From: Trichosphaerium sp. ATCC 40318
Taxonomy: Eukaryota > Protista > Tubulinea
Assembly (NCBI GenBank): GCA_038496445.1
Contig: JALMLS010000313.1
Location: 5,039-69,038, forward strand
Reading direction: 5' to 3'
Length of the DNA stretch: 64,000 bases
This document shows, piece after piece, positions 26,561 through 40,087 of this stretch. The notes beneath the pieces are model-generated. The model ran no database searches, was not told the origin of the DNA, and was given only the letters and a program-made list of their open reading frames with translations. The translations under genes and the position numbers were made by a program. The stretch's first letter is position 1. Each line of letters begins with the position of its first letter.

Positions 26561-26757
26561 ACTTGTGGAAATATGTATAGTTCAATCAGTGTCTTGTTGT
26601 GCTGCGTTGATGATAGGTACGAAAAAAAAATGAGCAGTTGATTGAAAACCAAAAATGAAGGTCACGAGTTAAGTGGCAGTATTTAGGAATTGAACCCGCA
26701 CGATATGCAATTTCGCCTAACAGATAGCGTCAACCACGACAAGGTGAACCACCAATA

Positions 26758-29755
26758 ATGGCCTTCAAGCGAACCTTGTCCTACAAATTGACCCACGCCG
26801 CTAACGTAAGTAGTCTGTTTTCGAATTATTTTCAAAGAAAACTTTTCTTGACTATGCTATTGTGTCACAATAAGACTAGACGTTACTTGGTACCAAGCTA
26901 CGTGCACTGATATCATACAAATCCTGTGGTTAAGCGACGTTGCCGGTATTTTTGTTTTTACAACGACTGTTTTTGACATTTATTGTTTCCGCCCAGCATT
27001 GTTGCTTCCTTTAGCCTATACTCGTACTACCAATAAACCACATTACATTACCCTACGTGTCATGTGGGGTGTAACGCAGGTATGCATTTAAACCGTTTTA
27101 TTCGCGTTGTAACAATCTCAGGCGCTTGGCGATTTGACTGGAACATCGAAACAACCTTCGAGACGAGTAGAATTGACAAAACCTCTCAAAGATGTTCAAA
27201 ACAAGATTTTACGCGTTGCCGAAGGCTCAGTTCTTGTGTGGGACGCTCAAATATCGTTTGAAGACATAGACGATCCTAGGTTGGCAACGTTACCAATAAT
27301 CGCGTCTTTATAACCCCTAGACTGTGGAATGGTAAATTAGATTTTGTGCCATTACAGCCAAACCGCATTTCAGACGCTCTCGCTTTTATAAGCCGAACAA
27401 AGCACCAAAACATCGTCTTTTATATCCGTACGGAGTGTCAAGTGTCATACGTATACTTAACGGCTGGAAAGAGGTGGCTTGTGGCGTGTGGGCTAGCTGT
27501 GTCAGCCAAATTTTGTCGTTGAGAGATTGGGATACTATTACCACTTTTGTTGGTATTCCACCAACGTTACCTTGGCCTGGTCCAACACCTGCGAGTACGT
27601 ACATACAATAAAGAATTAGCTATCACGTTAGGGTAACTGCTAAATCGTAATAGCTATAATGCCTTTGTATGACTTCAAGGATCCAGATGTAATGCTTTTC
27701 AATTATTGGCAACCTGATTGCATTCCACCAATTATAATAGCTCATGACCTAGCGTCAGCATTGAATCCTCTAGGAAAGTAAGTACCACTTCCGTGTCCTC
27801 CAGTCTAATTGAAGTAGAATTGAACCGACCAACGTACCACAACCACTAGTGGTATGTTTGACTTGTCAACCTGTAAAAAAGTATTCACTTTTGTCACTTA
27901 GAAATACACAAAACGAGCATCAACTGGTTTATTGAAACTATTTGCATCTCTTGGTATAGCCGTAGACTGCTTCGCTCTTGGGCCAGCAGCAAAGGTGTTT
28001 GGATATTCGTTAAGAGAACGACTTGCTTTTGAACCACCAGCAAGCACAGCAAACAGAGTTTCCTTTGTCATCATTGATCGAGTACTTAAACCTGATATCA
28101 GCAACATCTAATAGTGTACACAGGGAATAGATTTGGTGGCACCTATTGAATCTGCTACATTGCTGGACAAAGTGCAAATGATGGCCAATGTACACGTCAA
28201 ACTTAAGGACTTTCGCACTAAAACATTTTGTTAGGGCGAAAAGGCACCCACGTGGCTTCACATGAATAAACATGTAGAAAAAGACTATAAACTTGATGAG
28301 TCTGTTCCTACACCGTCTGTGTATATACAAAATCTATTAGAGGGTGTGAATACTGATGATGTATTGGCAAAGCTCTCAAAGAGACTCGAACTCAAAAAAC
28401 AAGCAAAGGTAATAAGTAATTGTTAAATTGTCTTTACATCGTTTAGTTGCAGGAATCTCCACTAGCAAGGCTCTCACAAGCGCTTGAAATACTCTCGGAA
28501 AGTAATGGGACTGCGTATCAAGATGTAGATGCTGTTTCGTGGGCTACACTCGCAGCTTGGGCTGCTTATAAAGAAGGTACAAAATGCCACAAATGCGAAG
28601 TGCCGTTAATCTTTGTTTGTTAGACACAATGCCATTTTTAAAGCGCAGACGGAATGTCATTGATGCAGTGATGCGTTATGATACAAAAGAGAATGCTATT
28701 CAACGCCTTATTACAGCCCTGAAACAAAATGGTACCAAAGGTTTTTTTTGGTTTCGTAGTTTTAAACTGATAAAGCTTCTACGTACTCCAAGTTATTTAA
28801 TTATGTATAGCACCAATGGGGACTACAGATATTCTTTTGTGTAGTATTCTTGCATTTTCTTTACATGGAGCTAAAGACATTTCTTGGGATGAGCAAAGAG
28901 ATCTTAAGGTTTTTTTGGTGGAAGGCTTAATTTCTAAAGACCAGAGTGATGCTGTACGAGTATTTCCTATTTTTCAATAACTCATGTCTTGTAGGATAAA
29001 TGGTTACTTGGAGAAGCACTAGCAAAAGACTTAAAAGCATCCTGGGATAACAAGGGAGAAACAGAAGTACTTACTTACGTTCTACTATTAAGTTCACTCA
29101 CCGTTATTAAGGAAAACCACGTGGCTCAACAAATACGTCTTGTAGTTGAGGATAAAGTTGACGACGTATTATCAAAGCTTATGGCTGTAAAAGACGCTCG
29201 TAAAGACTTGAGACAATACAAGTATGTGACAATAGATAGTTGAAAGAGGCTTATGTTTCTTTAGAAACATACACCCAGGAAAATACGAAAGTGTCATTTC
29301 TCAGTTCATATATGATTTACTTGACCCTCGCAAACCTGAGCTACTTGGAGTAAAGCCTATAGCTTCAGTGTCTATAAGTGGATTGCTTAATAGAGGGTTT
29401 AGTAGCTTAGGTCTAAAGAACAGAGATAGACCAACAGACAACAAAGTTGTATCCTTTTTTCGGTTTGTTTATAGATACTGATGTTAACACTATGTGCAGC
29501 AAGAACGGCCTTCTTTCTATTTATCTATCCTTAACAGATCAGATAATTCTTCATTTTATTGGTGGCATATCTTGGAGAGAAATTTACGATATAAGAAAGG
29601 CAGCAAAAGATAAAGAAGAACACCAGGCACGTTTTTGATGTTTTCTTCTAATTTTCTTGTTTACTTCTACAAAAATAACTTTACCACAGATAATAATAAT
29701 GGCAGATATAATCAATAAACCTAAGCAAGTGCTACAATCCCTTTTTTGCAAGTAA
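26758..29755 (+). CDS. Sec1/Munc18 family protein, SCFD2/MIP3-like (start uncertain)
   Basis: LLKLFASLGIAVDCFALGPAAK...VSFVIIDR..DLVAPI; C-terminal IILHFIGGISWREI. Confidence 0.75.
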
Positions 29756-30439
29756 AGTATAATAATAAGAAATTTATCAGTAAAAACTGACGATTCTTAC
29801 TAATACATACTTACTTTCTATACTGGGAACTCACGTACTAATCTGCTTCCTACTATTCTCCATGTACATTATACTCCATCAAATGTAGTGTACTGGCTAT
29901 CTGTAACAAGTGTATATCAGAATATCAAGTAAAGTCTAAAAGCGAAATCAAAACTTTATTTGGGCAGATTTATTGAGCTTTTAAGTAGAATTTCCCATAT
30001 TTTTCCATTCGAGAATCGTACACGATTGTCTTGTCATTTTTCCTCACAAGTGTCACTACGTAATGGTACGATTTTAATTTGTATATAGTACTAAAGCCAC
30101 GCATAGAAGCAATAGAGCACTTGTATACGATATGCATGTTGTAACGCTCTGAATCACTAAAAAATATGCATTCTTTTCACCTTTTTTTGGAAGTTAAGTG
30201 AGGCTACGAATTCATTGTTTTGCAGTGCAATAGAGAAAGCCGCCAAAGGTAAGTGCTCTAGCTTATAAAGAAAGTCACAAGCGCTAGAATGCCATGTATC
30301 AGCACACCAACTTTTATCGTAAGTGCCGTTGGTCGTAAATTGTTGGGTTTTATTGTGATTATATAGAAACAGTAACTCTTATTACAAAGGGTTTCGATTG
30401 CAGAAGGATTAAAAATTGTATTGGCTCAAAAGCACAAAA

Positions 30440-32452
30440 TTATGCTTGCTTTGCTTTTGCAGTGTAACCCAAGTGTAAACCTTGAGCAACCAACATACCA
30501 AACCCTGCAATGGCAGCAGGCACACCAATTACCAGGGAAGAAACCTAAAAGTGGAGTCAGTAATGTACTGCAGTAGGTAGTCTCCTTTTTACGTACCAGA
30601 CTATTAGTAGGATCTACTAGACCGCTAGCAGCAACGCCGACGGAAGTGATTGTGAAAGCGGCAACAAATGATATGAAAGAAATACCATAGCTAACAGCGC
30701 CAGCAGGCGCACTAGTACTCTCTGGTGCAGATTGAATCGGAGCTGGTGTAGGCGATGAAGTATCACTGACAGCATTTTTTGCTTCAGCAAGGGCAGACAC
30801 GAGATACTCTTTAACTTTTGCGGCTTTCTCTATTGCACTGCAAAAAAAATTAACAGAGCGTACTTACATAGCCACATGATGGTACCTTAGGGAACTATCC
30901 GCTCCACAATATTGTTTAAAATCGGCGTCAAATAATGTAGAAAGTTCAGTTGCTATGCTATCTTGACCGCCAGCTACAGGTGCTTCAACAGGTGCTTGTG
31001 ACTTAGACTGAGCCTTCTAGAAACCAGTAAAACAAGCGAATTCTGTGGTTTGTTTTTTGTACGTACAGCTTTCTTCAACGATGCTTGTAATTCAGAAATT
31101 GTTTGCTCCTTTTCAGCATTTTCTGTGGTAATACGCTTCAACTCCTCGTCTTTAGCATGAAGGACACTTGATTGTTCTTCAAGAGCAGCTGTGTTACGTT
31201 CCAACGCTTCTTGCATTGCTTCAACATCTTCTTTAAGTTCGTCGATTTCGCTGGTATCAACTGGAGCTGCTGGGGCAGCTTTTACTTCTTTTGGCGTTTT
31301 TTGTTTACTTAATTCTTCATTTTCTGCTCGGAGATTATCTAATTCTTTTTGTAGCTTTGCTACAGTCTCATCGCGTTTCTTTAGTTTATCCTCATTTTCC
31401 TATCACATCAGTTGTTAGAAGGATAACTCGTGTAAAATTAAGAAAAACGTTTTGTGTTTCGAGGCATCAAAAGTTTGAAACGGCTGATTTTGGTGTTTTT
31501 AGACGCACCTGCGCACGTGTGAAGGCATCAGAGTGTTCTTGGGTCACTTTGTTAAGAAGTTGTCGGAGTTCTTCCGTTTCAGAAGTTTTAGAGCCGCTCT
31601 TTAGCTTGGACTTGCTTGGTTGTTTTTTTGGCTTTGGCTTTTTATCTTTACTAACATGCTTGGAGCTGGTTTTCTTTTCTAATTTCTTTGATGAATCTTC
31701 CTCTGGTTCTGCTTTAGCTTCAGTTTCAGCTTCGCTTTTTTTCAATTCATCATCTAAGCTATCTCCAAAATACTAAAAATTGCTTAATACACGCACGCTA
31801 TCATTTTGTAACTTTGTAGACGATAAAAAACAAACAATTGGATTGTGACATTTTCTCGGTACCTTGATTGATACTTTGAGTTCTCCGGATACCTTATCCT
31901 TATCCTTACGTTTTCTAAGCGTTTGCCAACCACTTACTTCATCTACAAAATAATTAATAAATTGATAATTTTGTTTCCAAAAAAATGTGAGTAACAAGAT
32001 CGTACGTTTCATTAAATATGCTACTTTGAAAGAAAGTTGCCCCTGTAGTAAAGCGGTTACTTAGGTACCCGAAAAAACAAAAAGGTCAATAATGACGCTA
32101 TACCATGAAGTCTTTCCCAAACGCGTCGTCGTCCCACATAAGGAGGTTAATTTCGCTGTCTTCAGATACGCGACTCATCGGAACTGCAAACGATTCCTAC
32201 GCGCAATTAGCAACGGCTGTACACCCCCATACAACGGGTAAAGCGTATACGCACATTAAAGATTGGGGTCAGTGTGTTGGGAATGATTTTCGTTTTATCG
32301 ATCTTTTTAGACCCCACTCTGATGTTAACATACGGATCACTTGTGCCTATGCAAGTTATTAGTTTTTACAGGTAAAACAAAAACGTACCATCACTATCGT
32401 GGGCGTAAAGATCGCGGCCTTCGATAATCCTAATTATAAACCCTCCGCTCAT
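30440..32452 (-). CDS. C2-domain protein with a coiled coil and C-terminal hydrophobic hairpin anchor
   Basis: IRIIEGRDLYAHDSDG-SDPYV, KTKIIPNTLTPIFN, MWDDDAFGKDFMG, WQTL...VSGEL; two hydrophobic segments at the C-terminus. Confidence 0.85.
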
Positions 32453-32706
32453 TTGTTGGTTGAGGTGTTGTGGCAAAGAATGAATAATAATTCCAAAATA
32501 AAGCGGGTCTCTATAAGTAAACAATATGGTTGACGTCACTTGTGTGCGCACTAACACGAGTGTATGTCAACTAAAAGCTCTTTAATGTTTCACTGATTAA
32601 TGCTGATGCGGACAGTTGATAAAATATTCTGCAAGGAGTACAAAGAAATAAGGCAATAATACTAATGTCGTTACTTTATTTTAATTGAAATCAAACTGAA
32701 ACGAGC

Positions 32707-33248
32707 TCACGCAACGCGGAGTATTATATGTACACCGGAAGAAGTGTCACAAACTTCACTAATTTGTCCAACTTTAAGAGCGAAACTACACTACGGTTAA
32801 TACGTACTACGCGTAAAGATTCACGTACGAGGCTTGTTCGAAAGGTAGATGCATTTCGCCTGAGTAAAAGTAAGAAAACATGCTCTAATTAAACAGAAAG
32901 CGCGCCTTTGCCAAAGAAACCTAAATCACCACCTCTTTTGGCTGACGAGCAATCGCTGAACTCTTTGGCAATGTCAACAAATTGTTTTTCCCCAGATGTT
33001 ATTTGAGCGCGATAGCCTACGTATGTAAGTGATACCTGGCATAACTGGAACTGTTAGAGCCAGAGTAGTTCCGTTACCTTTTAATATTGCTAAAGCTTCG
33101 TCCTTGGTTCTAGTTACATTGTCTTGGCGCCAACTACGTGGGTTTCTATTCAAAACGTCCATTAATAGATGCAATGTCCCATAAGCACTCCTTACCTTAC
33201 GGCGTTGTGTTTAACTAGAATATGGGAGCAGCGTACTTTGGTTGTCAT
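32707..33248 (-). CDS. PIN1: Parvulin-type peptidyl-prolyl isomerase, Pin1-like, without a WW domain
   Basis: VRCSHILVKH, RNPRSWR, TRTKDEA, SDCSSAKRGGDLGFF, DTSSGVHIILR. Confidence 0.88.
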
Positions 33249-33329
33249 TTGATTACTCTTGCACTGAAACTTAAACATGGATAATTTAAGTAAGAAGATT
33301 TTATTGTACAGGTTTCTTTTTTTTGACAT

Positions 33330-35216
33330 TTAACGCAATGACACTCCTGGTTACTCACCAAAACTTGGTACGTAAACCTCCACGCGTATGTCTAACTCTT
33401 GTAGACATATCTCAGCGCATTTTAGACGCAAAACGTTGAATACGTGGACTGTGTTTCTATAGCCTGCGTATGCGTTCAAATATTCCCTCATGCAATCGGC
33501 ATACCTTCCTTCAGCTTTGGCAAATGCAAGAGCTGCTTCTAGTGGAAATTAAAAGATTTTATACTAATTTCATTAGTGTACTTACCTGTGAATTGATTGT
33601 TTTTATGGACATATCCTATAGCTCCTTTTGTCCTTGCGCGTTCATCAAAGGCTTGCTTCCATTCCAAAATTTTATTCTTGACTTCTTGATCTTCCAAACT
33701 CTCACGCAGTTGCAGTATGAGCTTTAACAATCCTTGTGAAATATTATTATTCTAACATCATTTGTCAGTATGTTGGCCCATTAGATATGCAACTAGAGTA
33801 ACGTACAGTGTCTACATAAGATGATCTAAAGGCTTTCATCATCATATCAAACTCTTTAATATATCTTGCTATTATATCATGTAATTCAGCATCCTCAGTT
33901 TGTAGTGCCTCAAAGAATATAGATAACTTATTTAACACTTCGTCAGAAGAATGTTGTGCGAAAATATACGTAAAATCTTCATGACTAGAAGTGTATTAAT
34001 TCAACAAGTATCAGCAAAAAGAATACGACGTAAGGTACTTACTCCATAGAAAATATGACTTGAGCAAAAGGCATTAGTAGGCTTGTTATTTCTTCGTTTA
34101 ATCTGACACACTGGCGATCAAGTTTTCGAGCACTCTCAAGGATAGGAACTAAAGGATTGTTCAGTATCAGTTGCTATTTGTTTGTTTTATAGTACCATTA
34201 CGAAACTTTTCGTAAGTTACTTTTTTTGTACAGTAATTGAGTTGTGCTTCTCGTGTATCGTTTGTAGATTCAGCTATTCTTCTAGATTTTCTCAATATAT
34301 TAAACCCTTGAACAGCATGTCTAAGACTTTCAGAGTACGTCTGTGAATGATTAGTTTCTGACGTAGTATTCATACTGCCTTGTACCTTTTTAATTTGAGT
34401 TATATCACGCAAGACACGAATGTTTTCAGCTGTAACATAATGAAGATGTTCTATCAAGCCTGGCATCTGATCCAACAACTTTACAATAGGATGATTTTCA
34501 AAACGCCCTAAATCCGAATATTAGTTTATAGTTGATTGTATCAACCTTTCTTACGTGATAATCTAGTAATACCCTTACTTGCAACCGCGGCTACCTGTCC
34601 ATTTTGAGCAGCATGTGCTATTAAGTGTTAATTTGCCATTTTGTTATTTTTTCTGACACGTGATTCGAAGTTTTCAACATACCCAACCCGTGTACGTAAA
34701 CTTTGGCTCTACCAAGTGCCTCTTTAACACACGTTATAAATTGAACTACAAACTCATAATCAATGCAATTAGGAAAGCCCTAAGCATTAATGAGCTAACA
34801 CGGGACCAAAAAAAAAGAGCTATGTACCTGCGCTAGCGTGTCTACGATACGTATAAGGTTATCGACGTATCTACGCGAATATTTAGCTCCTCAACGCTTT
34901 GATTGACACATACTGTACATAGCTAGGTGCTCTACCATCCGTGTTCTGCTAAACAGTTAAGGGATGATTATTCACATTGAATGAAGTAATTGGTGAAGGA
35001 TACTGCTTTGGCGCCTATTTCAGAGGCTTCTTCGCGTATTTCAAGCAAGTATTTCAAAATCATTTGTATTGCGTCGTATACTGGCTCCAGGTCACTTTTG
35101 TACTTACGGACAAGACGCTCCTCGAACCATTTGCCGAAAGACCACAGAGAAACCAATTTTATCTTTACATCCGTTGATTGGTGAACTTGTGGTTTTTCTG
35201 CCACCACCCTTTGCAT
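33330..35216 (-). CDS. Uncharacterised multi-exon alpha-helical protein (3' end approximate)
   Basis: Series of minus-strand coding-like exons (34968-35216, 34167-34478, 33539-33730) with GT-AG boundaries. Confidence 0.55.
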
Positions 35217-35402
35217 CCCTACAATGTCAGCAGAGAATAAACGGGCAAAACTCGCAGCTCTAGTCAAGTTCGTTCTTTTACAGGCTAATTACTTTTTCAG
35301 CCGCCCAACGCGTAATTAGTATGATTTCAAGATGACAACGTTTGTTTCCGTTGTTGTATACAAAATGTCATTAACACAGTTCGAAATCGCTCCACGACAT
35401 TA

Positions 35403-37863
35403 ATGAGAGTATCAAGTACGCATAGGATGCTTTGTACAGCTTGTACATTAAAAAAAGTTCATAACCCAATCAACGCACAGCCAAGCTACGAAAACAAGTG
35501 AGTTTCACTTTGAAAGACAAAAAACGTAAAAGTCTCCAACAATCGCTTAACAGCCTTGGCGCATCACTTCGCGTTCAAATATTAGATGACTGGTACAAAG
35601 TGACATCAACAGAAATGCGTACACATGCGAACAAAGCAGTGAGCAACGAGTACGATTTCACACGTGACATTTTTTTATGATTATCACGTCTTCTAAAGTG
35701 TTGATTAGGTACAAAGATAATCCTATGTTGTTTCTCTCATCTTATCCTCAACATACATGGAATACAAAGAAACTGGCAATAGCGGGGTACGTTATAGCGT
35801 ATAGATAAAATGTTCCGGCAGTCTTACCATGTAGTAGACACATTCATAGTTCGTATTGGACTGCTGAAAATATGTACGAGATTCTCGATGATATCGCAAG
35901 AGATTTTGGAGTCAAAGCACTAGATAATTGGTATAATGTTAAAGTTACAGCTCTACAGAGTCATGTAGCTGGTAAAGCACTGCTAACTTTGTACGTCAAC
36001 ATTACATTGGAATCATAGTCTTATTCATTGTTTAGTCACAACAACTCTATGGCATCTTTACTACGTTCCACATATAAGAGTTACGAGTGGGTAGCTGCTA
36101 GGTTAGAGTAAGTTATTCACAACCACATACAAACAAATCCACCTTATCTTTCGTAGACCACGCAAAACAAGTAAATCTAATGATAGTCGCAATACAATGA
36201 ACGCAATTGGTAAAACGCTAAACGTTAAAACTCTGGACGATTGGTATAGTATAACATCACAACAAGCATCCTTGAACGGCGCAAGATCTTTAATACAAAC
36301 GTAGGAGATACTCTTACATCTAGGAACTAACTACATTTCAGGCATGGTTTATTCTATACTACAATACGGGCTGTATACCCAGAGTACTCGTGGAATCCTC
36401 TTTTATTTGCGTACGCAATCGCAAAATATTACAGTCAATTTACTAAATAGAAGTTTAGAAGTGTACCTCGGTGTCATTGGCACTCTGTAGATAACCAACG
36501 TGATATGTTAGTATTCATGTCGCAGAAGCTCCAAGTAAAAACATTAGAAGGGTGGTACACTATCACAAATCAAGACATTCTCGATTTGGGCGGAGCTAGC
36601 ATAATGTCAATGTAAGAAAAATTTTCTCATTTTTTTCTCATTATTTCATAGCTATAAAGGTTCCTTGTCACGTGCCCTAGCGTCAATATTCGCCGATTAC
36701 GATTGGGTGAAATGGAAATTTACGTACGTGTGCAACTTATTATTACTTTTTTGTTCACGTGATAAATCAGAAACACGCCAAAACAATTCCATGATGAAAA
36801 CGAATTATATAGTAACAAGATGGAGTTTGTCGCAGAACAACTTGGAGTCAAACTTTTTTCGGATTGGTATACTGTATCAATGCGAGATGTATATACTGTA
36901 GATAACGCTGGTCCATTGATAGGAAATAGGTAGACAGAACCATGTTGCAAAAATTTGTTGATTTTTTTAGATACAATGGGTCTATTATACAAGCTTTGAA
37001 GGCAAATTATCCCAATGAACTATGGCACTTAGAAAAGTTTATGTATGTTTTGAAGCTTTTACTTCAACAAGTATTGATATTTTTGTAGTTATGACAATAG
37101 TCGCTATGGCTATATTGATCGTGCTACGTATAGTAAGCTGTACTATGAAATTGATGAGATGGTATTTGATAGCGCGTACGAGTTGTATACTGCTTTTGAT
37201 AGTCTTACAAGTGTCTAGCAAGCAGCTTATTAAGTTTAAACGATTAATAAGGAAGCTTAACATTACTAAATTGAAGCAATGGTATAATATAACATGGAGT
37301 AATTTAATAGACACTGGAGGTGGATGGCTACTTCTAAAGTGCGTATGGCACAAAATAAAAGTTGCAGCACTTACACTCACAGGTTTCGTGGCTCATTGAG
37401 GCGTGGATTGGAAGTTATTTACCCTGGAGTTACATGGGATGGAAAACAATTCAAATTTTCGTAAGTTTTCCAATCACAGACTACTAAAACTAAACAAGCA
37501 AAGGCATGCACCTTCGGGTTATTGGTATTCAAGGAACAATGTATTAAACTTTTTACAACATGTAGAAAAATGCTTGCTGATTAAGTCTCCCAATGAATGG
37601 TGCGTTGTGTAACCCAATAAATCATTTACTAAGTATATGACCAAATAGGGCACGGGTATCTTTGATCCAAATAGTAGAACTTGGGGGCACTAGTATTGTA
37701 TCAAAGTATCCACAAATACTGGAACGCCTCCACCCTAGCCATCCTTGGGATTGGTCTATGTTTGTGAGTGATAAACGTGCTTCTCAAAGGTACTTTAACT
37801 GTTTTTTATCTATTTTAACTTAATACCAGGCAATTACTTGCTTGCACTCGTGAGATTCTGTGA
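35403..37863 (+). CDS. DWY-repeat protein 1 (~7 repeats of ~60-70 aa); start approximate
   Basis: Repeated W...N.R..L..I...L.V..LDDWY.IT..DI...GG..LL..Y.GS...AL..IYPEY.W; ends KRASQRQLLACTREIL*. Confidence 0.75.
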
Positions 37864-38576
37864 ATTTATGCAACCTAACAAACAGCATTGATCTCTTATT
37901 GGTCGCAATACTGCTCAGACCGAATTAATGTCATACAGTATTATCAGTGAAGTCGTCGTCGTAAAGAGCAAGAAACATAAAGTAAATTGTTATTTGTATT
38001 CCAGCTTCTGATTTAGTAGTCTTGTGAACTTGCCAATGACCAAACTGGTAACAGCCACGTGGAAATCCCTATGCGTGCAGTTTATTGATACGGAGCGAAA
38101 CCGTTAACTAGTACAACAATTAGAATTGAAAAGTCATCCCAATGCAAATTTGATATGGGAATGTAGTACATGAAGAATCATGTGAAGGCGAAAAAACCAT
38201 AAATATTGAGAATCACCAGAAAATAAGTCTTTAGATATTTCCCAACAAAAAGGCTCCGAAGCAAGCGTACAAGTTTTAGGAATATATGTTAGATGTGCGT
38301 ATTGGTCATCGGTACCGCTTGACAACAGGAGCCCAGTGTTACCTCAGCAGAGGTTATTTTGGATACATTAGTTATTGAAAAAAAGTAGAACATCACACTT
38401 GGAGATGAAGACTCATACGAACAGGTTTATTAGGCGGTAAATAGTAACAACCAAAACATAACGTGGCAAAAAAATACGGGCACCAGTACGACGTTAACAA
38501 CGTAATTACGTAGAAAATGTGGTCTTTTTTGGCACTTCACAGTTTGACTAAGTACAATAGTTGACTTTTTCAACTA

Positions 38577-39529
38577 TTATTTTCCTTTTAGCGCTTTCAG
38601 ATACTTATCTGTAACTTCAATGATGTCCAAATACAGTATCTTTACGCTAGAAAGACGAGTGAGCCAACCAGGTGTTACATTATTACATAAATTGATAGTG
38701 TGTGCATTTGAAAGGTATTTCATACTCGCCAGTGATACCTGGACATGATACAAGGTGGATAGTGTGTACACCAGACAAATGTTTAATCCAATCATCTGTT
38801 ACATTTGTGTTTGATAAAGTGATATTATGTACACCTGCGAGGTATTCCATACAATCTACAGTGATACCCTTACAACCATAAAAATTGGCTGTGTGTACAC
38901 CAACCAAAGCTGAAACACCTTCATCTGTCACATTCGTAGCACACAACTTTATGGTATGAACACCAGCCAAAGCATCTATGCTGTGTACCCCCGATAGCGC
39001 AACTAAAACGTCGTCTGTAACTAACGAGCATGGAATAGTTACAGTTGGTATGCCGGCAAATGCTTTCATAGCCTCTGAGGTTACGTTTGTAATAGCATAC
39101 AAACCTACGGACTTAAGGTCTCCCACTAGTGGCATTAATCCTGCGTCTGTAATAGTTCGAGACTTCACTACTGATAAATGACGAACACCACAAAGAGACT
39201 TCAATCCGTTGTCTGTTATCAAGGTAGCCTAACCAATCGTAAGGTACCGAACACCAGAAAGCATACTGAGATCTGAGTCTATAAGTTTCCACAAAGTTAT
39301 TTGTGTATTGTGTAATAATGGACTGCCACAAAGAAATTTGCAACACAAGCTGACTATTTGCTCTTGAATCGTAATTGTTTCGTATCCAATGTGACACCGC
39401 ATAATATTGCATAGTAGTTTGCAGGTCTGGGTAACAGAAAACCGATAATAGAGATGCACAAACTTGATCCGTTGGTAAGTCTAAAAGCTCAGTGTGACTT
39501 GAGACTTCTTCGTAACGCTTCGCTTCCAT
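38577..39529 (-). pseudogene. Inverted paralogue of the F-box/LRR gene 9763-11034, frameshifted and with a stop
   Basis: MEAKRYEE...ELLDLPT, ITDNGLKSLCG, VHTIKLCATNVTDEG; coding sequence split over several frames; upstream 39530-39690 matches 9595-9762. Confidence 0.9.
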
Positions 39530-39689
39530 TAGTGGCCTCTGAAATGCGATAGATGCAGTGATGAATGCAAGTAAGATATACTTTTGTAAAGTAGAGCTAT
39601 TTTTAACGTTGCGTATCGTTTCGTTGTGCGTGTTTTTTCTCAAAGCAGAACAAAAGTTACAGTAAAACAAATAGTAAAGTCAAAACCAA

Positions 39690-39992
39690 TTCCAGGTTTT
39701 AGGCATTGAGGACTAGGAGCGCAGCATTTCCAAAATTATGCACATACCTGTGCGCGTCGAGTATTCGGTTTTAGCTTCAACACAAACGCTGTAGTAGCAT
39801 CAACATGGAAATTGCAAAAACAAAGGTAAAATGCCAAACGTAGCAGCTTCGGAAATAACGCCATACCCGTTTACTTCTCATCAGCCTATAGGAACATGCC
39901 AGGGCTAAAATGAGCCTAACGAAAAGACATGGCCTACACGTGACATCAAAAAAACAATAAAATGACTAGTTAATAACTACTCTCAAGCTATG
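39690..39992 (-). pseudogene. Degenerate, internally deleted fragments of the enoyl-CoA isomerase locus
   Basis: Matches the reverse complement of ~8600-8900 (cacgtgtaggcc, tataggctgatgagaa, tttccatgttga) and short pieces of 9190-9320. Confidence 0.75.
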
Positions 39993-40087
39993 CTATGACA
40001 ATTACACTAAAGAATGCGACCGCAAAAATAGTGATTGTAGACTATTGTAGTGTTTATGCAAGACGAAGACAAAATATAGTACTTGCT

